From: Octopus bimaculoides
Lineage: Eukaryota
Reading direction: 5' to 3'
Length of the DNA stretch: 64,000 bases
Assembly (NCBI RefSeq): GCF_001194135.2
Contig: NC_069000.1
Location: 44,881,916-44,945,915, forward strand
Below, one piece after another: positions 10,701 through 22,129 of this stretch. The position numbers and the translations under genes are program-made. Positions within the stretch are counted from its first letter, which is position 1, and every line of letters starts with the position of its first letter. The notes under the pieces are model-generated. The model was given only the letters and a program-made list of their open reading frames with translations, made no database searches and was not told the DNA's origin.

Positions 10701-12687
10701 TTGTCTATTTGTTATATAAAGCATCATCATTTAATGTCCGCTTTCCATGCTGTCATGGGTTGGACAGTTTGGCAGGAGCTGGAGAGCTGCACTAGGCTCC
10801 AATTGTCTGCTTTGGCCTGGTTTCTGTGGCTAGGTGTCCTTCCTTAATGCCAACCATTTTACAGAGTGTGTGCTGGGTGCTTTTTTGCATGGCAACCAGC
10901 ACAGGAGCTTTTTATGTGGCTCCAGTGCAAGTGCTTTTTTTGGTTATGTCTTAGTGAATAAATAGATCAAGATAGCTTTGTCTCAATTGTGTAATCCACG
11001 TGATGTAACAGAGTATTTGTTTTGTGTTTCAGGCGTATGACCAACATTTAAATATGATTCTTGGAGATGTTGAAGAAACCGTGACCACAGTTGAAATCGA
11101 TGAAGAAACATATGAAGAGATCTACAAAGTATGTCCTCGTCCTTCACTTACCATCAGATATTTTATAATAAAATATACTGTGCTTGAGAAGACCTGTTGA
11201 ATCAAGTGAAATCATTGGCATTGCCAATGCCAGTGCTGCCTGACTGGCACTTTTGCCGGTGGCACGTAAAAAGTACCATTCAAGTATGGTTGCTGCCAGT
11301 GCTGCCTGACTGGCTCCTGTGCTGGTGGCACATAAAAAGCACCCGTTACACTCTCAGAGTGGTTGGCATTAGGAGGGGCATCCAACTGTAGAAATATTGC
11401 CAGAACAGATTGGAGCCTGGTGCAGCCTTCTGGCTCTCCTCCAGACCTCAGTCAAACTGTCCAACCCATGCCAGCATGGAAAACAGACATTAAAAGATGA
11501 CGATAATGATTTTTACAGATCCTGTATTGGTGTGATTAAAATGCTAAATGGTGATCCGTTGGCTTAAGTGTATATTCTCACTAATGCCATAACAATTTCC
11601 TCTCTCAAGGGGAGCATTTTTGCTTGGAAGATATTCGGCTTCTTTTGTCTTCCCATGACATATAAATTAGCCCAAATTTGAATACACAATTGATTTCATC
11701 GACCTTGGGCCCATACAGAATTTTTTATTTATTCTATCTATCTTAGACCCAAGCACTAACTATTCAACCCTCTGGTATTGATAAATGTGTATTTTGTCTT
11801 TATTCCTTTCCACTATAGGCACAAGGCCTGAAATTTGGGGGGAGGGGTAAGTCAATTACATCAACCCCAGTGTTTCACCAGTACTTAATTTATCAACCCC
11901 TGTGGCATAAAATACCGCTAAGCATTTCGCCTGGTGTGCTACCAATTCTGCCAGCTCACCGCCTTGTAATTTGTCTTTATTGGTGTCCTCTCTGTAAAGC
12001 TCATCAAACCAGTTGGATCTCAAACTCAAATTCATCGCTTCTGCAATAATCAGATTGTGGTTGGTGGAGAGAACGTGCTGAAACCTTTGTCCTGCAGTTG
12101 ACAGAACATAGATAATTCAATCCAATCCATGTGTGTGTATTTACATACAGTAGTACCTCGGTTTTTGAACAACTCTGATATAAATCATGCTTTATATATA
12201 TAAATGTATATATATAAATGTATATATATATATATAGAGAGAGAGAGATATTATAAAGCACGATTTATTCATAATCAGAGTTGTTCGAAAACCGAGGTTC
12301 TGCTCTGTGTGTGTGTGTATATATATATATAATCAGATTGGAGCCTGGTGTAACCACCTGGTTCACCAGTCCTCAGTCAAATCGTCCAACCCATGCTAGC
12401 ATGGAAAGCAGACGTTAAACGATGTTGATGATATATATATATATATANNNNNNNNNNNNNNNNNNNNNNNNNNNNNNNNNNNNNNNNNNNNNNNNNNNAT
12501 ATATAATATTTTAGTGTTAATGGCTTTTAAATGAAGAAATCTTGTTTTCTGCTCTCATGATAGAAACAGTTTAACATTCTAAATATTAATTTTTTTTTTT
12601 CAGTCAACGAAGAGAAACATTGCCATGTTGTTTGTCAGAGGAGATGGAGTTATTCTTGTATCACCTCCCATGCGAACAGGAACTTGA
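7692..12687 (+). CDS. LSM3: U6 snRNA-associated Sm-like protein LSm3, complete, 102 aa. Exons 7692-7712, 10041-10148, 11033-11128, 12604-12687
   Basis: Spliced product [102 protein letters not shown]. Sm1 and Sm2 motifs are near-identical to recalled human LSM3; all introns are phase 0 and GT-AG. Confidence 0.97.
8985..9185 (+). mobile_element. RTE 3'-end repeat ('family C'), representative copy. Others at about 1290, 10232, 10725, 11200, 12330, 14215, 15920, 18180, 19370, 49860, 53005, 54000, 56370, 58740 and 60850
   Basis: Shared core GGTTGGCRTTAGGAAGGGCATCCAGC...CCCATGCYAGCATGGAAAA..GGACRTTAAATGATGATG in both orientations. Confidence 0.8.
10041..10148 (+). CDS. LSM3: LSM3 exon 2
   Basis: CATAG acceptor, GTGAGT donor, 108 nt. 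Confidence 0.95.
11033..11128 (+). CDS. LSM3: LSM3 exon 3
   Basis: TTTCAG acceptor, GTATGT donor, 96 nt. Confidence 0.95.
12148..12310. mobile_element. Tigger/pogo-like MITE with an (AT)n(AG)n core in LSM3 intron 3
   Basis: TA|CAGTAGTACCTCGGTTTTTGAACAACTCTGAT... pairs with ...ATCAGAGTTGTTCGAAAACCGAGGTTC; arms about 45 bp. Confidence 0.65.
12448..12498. other. Assembly gap (N run)
   Basis: 51 N flanked by (AT)n. Confidence 1.
12604..12687 (+). CDS. LSM3: LSM3 exon 4 to stop
   Basis: Poly-T-CAG acceptor, TGA stop; AATAAA at about 12711 and 12953 downstream. Confidence 0.95.
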   Translation, partial: STKRNIAMLFVRGDGVILVSPPMRTGT

Positions 12688-13107
12688 ACGCAAATTTAGA
12701 CTAATTTCCAAATAAAAAAAGAGAAACAAGAAAAAAACAACTACCACAAGTAATACAAAATTAAAGAAAAATACATTTTTATTTTTTCATTTTCATTTTT
12801 ATTTTATTTTTCCATTTTTAAATGATTCATTCAAGAAAAAAGAAATCGAGAGAGTGAACTCTTGGTCAAATTTTTTTGTTATTCTTTAAGACTATTAAAA
12901 GAAATACTTGACGTCTGCTCAGTGCAGCATTTGAAGAACGCAGAAACAGTCCAATAAAAAAGAAAAAAACGCTTGTTTTGATGGCTTTAATAGTCTTTGT
13001 ACCAATTTCCATTATTTTTGTTATCATTAACCTTTTTGATACTAACCACCGGAGATTGTCTCAGGTTCTACGATACAAACTTCCTGTTTTAAATTAATCT
13101 AAATTAA

Positions 13108-13327
13108 CCCTTTAGCATTTAATCCAGCCATATCCGGCCAAAATATTCTGCTTGCTTTATTTTCAAACTGGCCAGATTCGGCCTCTCACACTTAGCCTAC
13201 AATATTATTCTAAAAATAAACAATCATGTCATTGAAGTCTCACAGCTACAAAGTAATGTGTGACTATTTCAAATAAATGAGAATAAAAATTCAATATATT
13301 TGACCCAGAAATCTGAATACTAAAGGG
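13108..13327 (+). mobile_element. piggyBac-like MITE family 1 (220 bp). Related copies at about 5406, 36130, 54975, 57725, 57915, 61203 and 63668
   Basis: TTAA on both sides; TIR CCCTTTAGCATT...AATACTAAAGGG. Confidence 0.8.
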
Positions 13328-13783
13328 TTAAAGCTTTCCATCAAAATTCCATGTTTATTTATGTTCCATGTTTCAGCTTAATAACAACAAAATCCTTTTA
13401 CTAACATTTTCATTATTTTCAAGATTAATTCAAACGAAGGCGGTGTATTTCAGTAGAAATGTCTTCCATTATAATTCCATGTTAATTTCTGTTCCAAACA
13501 TCAGCTTTATAATGACAGTTCTTTAGCTAAGTTCTTAATTATTTTCCAAATTGATTAAAACAAATGCAGTGTATTTCAACCGTTATATGGTAACAAAAGA
13601 GTTAAAGTGATCTGCATTATGATTATCCATCAAAACTTCATGTTAATGTGAGTTCTAAGCACCAACTTTATAATAACAAATTTATTTCACTAAATTCTTC
13701 ATTAATTTTGAAGTAAAATGAAACAGTATATTTCAACAGAAATATGGTAACAAAGAACGTAGATGTAGATACACCAAGAAATA

Positions 13784-13805
13784 TACAGGGTGTTCAAAAA
13801 GTCTC
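13784..13805 (+). mobile_element. Solo Tc1/mariner-type terminus TA-CAGGGTGTTCAAAAAGTCT
   Basis: TA plus the CAGGGTG.. terminal motif; no partner TIR found. Confidence 0.4.
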
Positions 13806-14884
13806 TCCAACTTGGCTATCAATGTGTGGGTGGCCAGGTGTCAGCCATTGTCTACCCTTCTGCGTGTCGACATGAAGCAAGTTATGTCAAGGGAGATAAC
13901 TGATTACTGGGAAGTGGGGAATACTCAGAGACGTGTACTGAGTGAAAATTTGATAGTCGATCACATCAACCCTAGTGCTCATCATGTTGAACCATTAATC
14001 CCCACACATTTTTATCTCTCTGTTTTTTTTTCATTCTCTCTCTCTATGTTTTTTCCTTTCAATCCTTTCTGTTGAAGAGCATACGCTCAAAATGTCGAAG
14101 ACTTTTCCATTCTTCCCAAGCATCAAACTAACACACCTGCTTGTTGTTCCCTCACCAGTCTTCATCTTTTGTTTTCTGTAAATTTGAACTCTACACATGC
14201 ACACACACACACACACATCTCATCTCATCATAATCAAATGTTTGCTTTCCCATGCTTGCATGGGTTAAACAGAATTTGTTAAGGCAGATTTTCTACAACT
14301 GGATGCCCTTCCTGTTGCCAACCCTAACCTATTTCCAAGCAAGGCATTTTCCTGTCTTGTCATATATTGTCGTCGTCGTTGTCATCATCATCATTCAATG
14401 TCCGTTGTCCATGCTGGCATGGGTCAGATGGTTTGACCAGAGCTGGCAAACTGAAGGGCATGGGAATGGTTGTTCAACCTCATCGAAGGTTCATTTTCAT
14501 TTTCATCTTCATCAAAGTGTTGGCGTTAAGAAGGGCATTCTGCACTCGCAATTGTTAGACTGTGAGTTCAATTCCCAGACCAAGCTACACGTTCTGTTCT
14601 TGAGCAAAACACTTTAATTCATGTTGCTCCAGTCCACTCAGCTGTAAAAGGGTACATCCTGTGACGGAATAATTCTTCCGATCAGGGGGAATGCTGACCT
14701 GCTCACCCAGGCAGCTGGGTGGCATCATCAGAAGGATGAAACGATGCAAAGCGCATTGTGACCAGTGATGTGAAACAACATCCAATCGTCTGGTCAGTCA
14801 CACGATCACGTGATAAGCACACACACATACGTACAATCGTTTTTTAGTGATACATCACACCCACACATAATCTTATGTATAAAT

Positions 14885-15145
14885 TGATACATAATGCATA
14901 GATAGAGAGAGAGATAGGTTGATAGACAGACAGATAAACAGATAGATAGATAGATAAATAGAAAAGACAGATAAACTGATAGATAGATAGATAGACAGAC
15001 AGACAGATAAACAGATAGAGAGAGGGCGAGGTAGATAGACAAGCAGACAGATAAGATATATATATAGAGAGAGATAAGTAGATAGACAGATAGATATATA
15101 AGATGGATAGAGAGAGAGAGGTAGATAGACAGATAGATAAAATAG
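14885..15145. repeat. Degenerate (GATA/GACA)n tetranucleotide array
   Basis: Directly visible. Confidence 0.95.
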
Positions 15146-18100
15146 ATTTATTTTTGATGTATAAACAAACACCATCATAAATAAATATAAAATATATTAA
15201 GAAACAATTGTTATTATTATTGTTGATTGCTGTTGCTGTTGTTGCTACCATCATCATGTATTGGATTTCCTTGGCAAAAACCAAATCTATGTCAATGAAA
15301 TGAAGCTAAAATTTAGGCCGGATTAATTTCACACAACTTATCTTACCTTGGATTAAGTAGAAATCCAAAATCTATGCAATTAGATATTAATGTAATTAAA
15401 CATTGATTGATGTATATTGCTCGTTATGTTTTATGCTGTATTCATTGGTAATTAACTAAGTAGTAAAGATGGTATTTCATCTTGACTAGAAATATTTCTT
15501 CCTCTCTATTGTGTTGTTGATAACAAAGAGTGTCTTGTTTCTACTACTGCTGTTGCTACTACTATTGTTGTTGTTGTTTAGGCCAAAGTCAGCTTTTAAT
15601 AAAGCAGACTTATAACCAAATCTATTTTTAGTCGACCCCCGTTCGACCCTCTTTCCAAACTTTTCCTGCGACTTGAGGATTATACCCTGACATATCTTCC
15701 CTGTCTTCTCTCCTTTTCCAACCACAGTAGCCCTGCCCCTCTTTTATTGCTGTTCTTGTGCCCTTATCATACATATTGTAATCCCTCATCACCTGGCACA
15801 AAGCCACCTCCCTCAATATCACTCTCCCACCTCCACTCAGCTGAGTCATCTTTTCTGGTAAATTATTCGGAGACCTCACTGGTGCTGGTGCAACATAAAA
15901 ACACCCAGTCTCCTCAGCAAAGGGGTTGGTGTTAGGAAGGGCATCTAGCTGTAGAAAACTGTGACAAAGTAGGCATTGGAGCGAGCTTGACACAATTCTC
16001 TTGTTTTTCAACTCCTGTCAAACATCCAACCCATACCAGCATGAAAAACGGATGTTAAACGATGATGATTATGATAGTGATGATAATAATGATGACGATG
16101 ATGATGATGACAGGGTTAGCAACAGGAAGACTATCCACCCATAAAAACACACACACACACACACGTAAATGTATAAATGTATTTGTGTGTATGTATGAAA
16201 GGCTTTTCATAATCACAGTTTCCGTCTGCCAAATTCATTCAAAAGGCATTGGCTGGCCTGGGTCCATAGAAGCACACACTTGCTCAAGGTACTGTACAGT
16301 GGGGCTCAACGTCAAACCTTAAACCCTTTACAACCTTGTGCTTTAACCAGATGGCTATATATCTGCACCAATCTTTTATCTTTTCCTTGTTTCAATCATT
16401 AGACTGTGGCCATGCTGGGGCACCACCTTAAAGAATTTTGGTCAAATTAATTGACCCCAGTATTTTAATTTTTCTAAGCCTGGTACTTACTCTATCTGTC
16501 TTTTTTTGCCAAACCGCTAAGTTATGGGGATGTAAACACACCGACACCGGTTGTCAAGCAGTGAGTGGTGGGATTCAAACACCAACACAAACACACACAT
16601 ACATGTACATGCACGCAAAGGGCTTCTTTCAGTTTCTGTCTACTAAATCCACTCACAAGGCTATAGAAGACACTTGCCCAAGGTGCCACGCAGAGGGACT
16701 GAACCTGGGACCATGTGATTGAGAAGCAAACGTTTTAGCATGCAGCCACTCTTGTGCTTGTTTTCATTAAAAAAAAAAAAAAATCAAAACTTACCACCTT
16801 CGGCCTCCTCCCCACTCCCCCCGCTATTTGCATATTCATGAGACAATAATTAACGGATCTCATGTAATTACAATGTTTTATCCCTGACAAACGCTCTCCT
16901 CCTTCAATCACAATTTACACAATGATCGAATGAATCCATTGTCTTCCATCAAAGTTAAACTTATATAAAAGATGTCCTCCACAGAAGGACATCTCCGAGG
17001 AAACAGCTTCTTTCTACAATATGGCGCCAACATTCAAGACCAACCACCCAAATGACTACTAACTTCTATCTGTGTGGCTTAAACAGGCTGTTTATTACAA
17101 CAATATCCGTTTAACACTTGCTCATGGCTGTTCAATTGAATCTCAATTTCCTTCTTTTTTTTTTATTATTTTACAATAATATTGATGTTGTTGTTGTAAT
17201 TGATAGGTCAAGATAAGAAAGGACAATGAAAAGAAATATACTTGTCACAGCAGGTCATTTAGGATACATTGTAGGCTGGACAACTGCGCTTTTTCTGTTG
17301 CCATGGCGTTGACTAATGTTTTGTTGTTGTTGTTGTTGTTAATGGTGGTACTGGGGAGGTAGTGGTGGTGCTGGTGAGGAAGTTTTGTATCATCCTGATG
17401 TTTAAAACAACTCAAGCATTCACTATTGTTAAGTTTGTAAGATGAGGTTCCACAAAAATCTATATTATTCACATCCCATAAATGTGTGTGTGTGCGCGTG
17501 AGTGTATGTCTGTGTGTGTCTATCTATAGAGGGATGGGCAAAGTAGGTACGCAGGATCATAGAATTCTTATCTTAGAAAAAGAAATAGAGAAACAAAAAG
17601 AACAGTCCGATCATATTAAGCACCTGTATACATACGTCTGCCCACCCCTGTATACAGATATGTTTCTATGTATCTACGACCAGGTGTCATAAAAGGCCTA
17701 ATTGGAAGCCCAACCTTCTGAGCTCTTTTACAGGGGTTAGAAAAACTGAAGGGCCGCTGCAATAAGTGTGTGAATCTGAGAGGGGAATATGTTAAATAAA
17801 ATCATAATTAATTGATCCACCTGTATTTTCTTTTACCGAAAGCCAGGAACTTTTCAGCAAACACTCATGTGTGTGTGTGTGTGTGTATATATGGTTGATT
17901 CCCAGCCATGTGGTCTTGGGTTCAGTCCCACTGCATGGCCCCTTGAGCAAACGTTTTCGACTATAGCCCTAGGCCAACCAAAGACTTGCGAGTGGATTTT
18001 GTTGACAGAAGCTGGAAGCCCATTGTATATACGTGTGTGTGTGTGTGTGTGTGTGCATGTGTATGTGTATGCGTATGTGTGTGTGTGCAAGCGTATGTGT

Positions 18101-20161
18101 ATTACTGTTTCCTTACTTTGACATTGTGCGATAGTTGTGAGTGTCACTGTCTTTTGATTCCAGTCTTCCAAGACATGGTTGATCACAGGGAAATGTTTCC
18201 TTGTATGGAAACAGTTGAGGGTTGGTGACAGGAAGGGCATGAAGCTGTGGAAAAATCTGCCTCAATAAAATCCATCTGACCCATGCAAGCAGGAAAAAGT
18301 GGACGTTAAACAATGATGGTGGTGGTGGTGATGATGATGACAACGACAACGATGATGACAATAGTGGTGGTGGTGATGATGATGATACGTTTACACAGAT
18401 ATACAAGTGAACTGGAGAGCAGTTATGCACAATCATTTGTGGACTGGTGGTTCACATGCACTTTCTCATTGCACAAAGGGCCTCCCATCGGAACCCACTC
18501 ACAAAAATAGATCAGGGATCCTAAGGAAGAGAAAGAAAGAGAATTAATTAAAATATTAAAAAATTAATCTGCTAAAATACTGCCAGTAGTGGCACCCACT
18601 CTTTAGGACAATAATAATGTTAGAATTTGTGAAGCAATATCTCTAGAACTCAATAAGGGTTTTCTTATCCACTGAGGAAGACTAGTCCATTGGAAACAAT
18701 CCTTAAACTTATTCATTTGCAAACAAACCATAGGGTCACTGTTTCATCCATCGGTCCTTTGATCAACATTCTTCACAGTGAGCCAGCACTGCATAAGAAG
18801 TACCTGCGCTGATGCCACGTAGGTTGGCATTAGGAAGGGCATCCAACTGTAGAAACTATATCAAAAGTTGGTCGACTTTGCCTTTCATCCTTCCAGGGTC
18901 GATAAATTAAGTACCAGTTACGCACTGGGGTCGATGTAATCAACTTAGTCCCTTTGTCTGTCCTTGTTTAGCCCCTTGTGGGCAATAAAGAAATAAGAAA
19001 CTATATCAAAAGTGACAACTAGGGCCTAGCGCAGCCCTCTGGCTTTCCAGTTCCTGTCAAACCATCCAAACCATGCCAACATGGAAAATGGACTTAAAAT
19101 GACGACGACAAAGATATTGAGAGGATGTTGATATATTTGTACTGATAACAAAATGTTAAAATAAAAAGATAACTGTCTTTCTAGAGAGAAATCATTTAGA
19201 TTCCAACCGCCATGACTTTCAGAAGCTGCATAACAACATTGCTGGCACCATTTTGCTGACATTGTAAATGCTCTGAGATGTGGCTCCAAGACAAATAGCA
19301 TTTATCTTGCTTTCAGCAGAGTCAACCACAGCATTCCTCCTCCTCATCATCACCGTTTAACACCTGTTTTCCATGCCGGCACAGGTAAGACAGCTTCATA
19401 GGAACTAGCAAGCCTGAGAGCTGCACCAAACTCCAATTGTCTTTTTTTGGTATGGTTTCTATGGCTTGATGGTCTTCCTAATGCCAACCACTTTACAGGG
19501 TGTGGGCTGGGTGCTGTTTACATGGCACCAGCAGAGGGGCTTTGTACATGACACAAAACACCTGGAACACAGGTGCTTTTTACGTGGAACTAACATGTGT
19601 TTTTTTACCTGACCATTCAATAAAATAACAAAGGACATTTGTGGTCACTTCCAATAGTTAATACAAGCAGCCCAAGCTCTTAAAAAGCCATTCAACATTA
19701 GTAAATTGTTGTAGTGTATCATGTTTTCCAAGAATCAAAACCCAACATGTTGTGATTGATGGGATAATTGGCTACTTGTGATTATCTTCCTTTTTCATTC
19801 AGTGTCAGTTGCAGCTGACGCTAAGTGTTTGTTTACTTTCCTTTTGAAGCAAAAACCTTTTGCTAAATCAAGAAATTTTCATGCATGGTGATCAGTAAGC
19901 ATTTCTTTGTCCTTCTTATCTAAATTTATGTCACTGATCCAGGAAGAAGTTTTATCTCATACACCATGTTTGTTTTGTATGCTTGTGTGTGTGTGTGTGC
20001 ATGCGTGTGTGTGTGTGTTTACATTTCTAATGTAATTTTACAAGCATAGAGAAATATGAAAATAACCCACTTTTACATTGAATGTACAGAAGTAATTACA
20101 GCTATAAAATGTTAGTTCATTTGAATGTTCGTGTGTGTATATATATGCATACACACACACG

Positions 20162-20192
<31 letters not shown>

Positions 20193-20452
20193 CAACGTTT
20201 GCATTCAATTAATGTAATTAATAAATTATAAAAGATGCTTATCTTCTCACACAGACAAACAGATAGATGTAGGTATGGATACATACAAATATATAGATAA
20301 AGATGTCTCAACAAATTCTATCTGGTCCATGGAAGCCTGGAAAAATTGATATTAAATGATGATGGTAACAATAATATATATATAACGATATACAGAGATG
20401 TATATACATATGCATACATAGACATATATAAATGTGTGTGTGTGTGTGTATA

Positions 20453-20870
20453 CAGGGTATGTAAGATACTTGAGGACAGATTTATATTTATAAAAAAACA
20501 TAATAACAGATAATAACTTTATTTATCAAAAAATGCTATGAGGATAAAAATAAACCTTCTTTTCTATAATGTTATTCAGTAAAGCCACCTTCAGCTTCAA
20601 CAACTGCTTCTGTATGAGATCTAAATCCTTTATATGCTCGAATCAAGCGGTCCTGGTTCATTTTGGACACTATTCTGACTATGGCAGCTTTCAAAGAATC
20701 TTTGGTGTTGTGGATGTGTTCATTGACCCCTCTCTCAACAACACTCCACGTGTAATAGTCCAATGGATTGAGATCTGGGGAATTAGGAGGCTAAATGTTA
20801 GGGGTTATGTGATCATGAAAGTTTTCAGCCATCTGTTTCTGTGTTACTAGAGCCAATAACAGAAAAAACT
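20453..20870 (-). mobile_element. Tc1/mariner-family transposon remnant (transposase C-terminus and one terminus)
   Basis: Translation HITPNI*PPNSPDLNPLDYYTWSVVERGVNEHIHNTKDSLKAAIV...AVVEAEGGFTE (WPPNSPDLNPLDY motif with W mutated to stop); ends at TA|CAGGGT at 20451-20458. Confidence 0.85.
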
Positions 20871-22129
20871 GCCTATATTGTGAATCGCAGTTGAACATTG
20901 TGACATGCAGTTAAACATTCTAATTGCGTTATTTCAATTATCAACCCATTAATACCTTGTGTTCCAAAAATAACCTCAAAAAAAAAAAAAAACAGGAGAG
21001 TCAGAGAATTATGCAAAATAATATATTTTTTCAATTTCCAATACAGTCCGTAAATAATCAAGTTTTCCTGAAGCTTAACTAATCTCTGAATAACAACAGC
21101 AAAAATAGGTTGGTTGGTTGGTTGGTGGGTCGGGGGGTCTGCCGTCACACTTTACATTGTATTGAGAGAGGGGGAGGAGAGAGTAAAAAGAGAAAGACAG
21201 AGATAATATTAATATAGGAGGTGTTGTTCAGTGGCAAACTGGCAAAATCGTCAGCACACCCAGGTGAAAAACCTGGGTGGTATTTTGTCCGTGTTCACCT
21301 TTGGAGTTGAAGTTCCACTGAGGATCAACTTTGCCTTTCGTCCTTTCAGAGTTGATAAAATAAGTTACCAGTTAAACACTGGGGTTGTTTTAATCGACTT
21401 ACCACCTCCCCACCTCACTCCACTGCACCCACCCCACCCACACCTGAAATTGCTGGCCTTGTGCCAAAATTTGAAATCAATACGAGAGGAGCTGAATGAG
21501 TGCATGTACTAGGCATGGTGACACGCACTGAGTAAAGGAATGCTATGCACAGTGAAAGAGAAAGGAGGAGGAGGAAGAAGAGGATGAGAAGGAGGGAGAA
21601 GAACAAGGAGGAGAAGGAGAAGAAGTGACCTTCTTTGCATTAAGATCTGAACTGTAAGAACTTCTCTACCCTGATGACAGAGGCTCATCTTATCCAGTGT
21701 TGATTACATCTATTACAGCTACATACTGAGATGAACTCCATCAACCAACATCATTATGGATCTCTGACCCCCACCCCCGAAACAGCTGTTGGACTTTCTT
21801 GGATCTATTATTATAAATATCTATGTAGTTGCATTTACATATTCATTCTCTGATCACGAGCAGGAGTAATGGGGGAGCATCACAGCCAAGTGTTGAGAGG
21901 GATTCTTTGGGGTTTGAATAAATGTAACAAAAGCAAAGTTTGAAGGGGATATTAGTCATTTGTCATGCTTTCTAGGGGTCAGCAAATAGAAAACAACAGT
22001 TGCTACTCAAGGACAAAAATCGTGTTACAGTATTATGTTTGACAGAGTTGTCTGAATGCTAAAGAGTAAAATATTCTTGCGCGAAATAAGGAAAATATTG
22101 ATGTTCATAGTTTACTTAAAACACACAAC

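Noticed and set aside
14806-15284. LSIY-repeat ORFs
   Set aside because: They are translations of a (GATA)n array.
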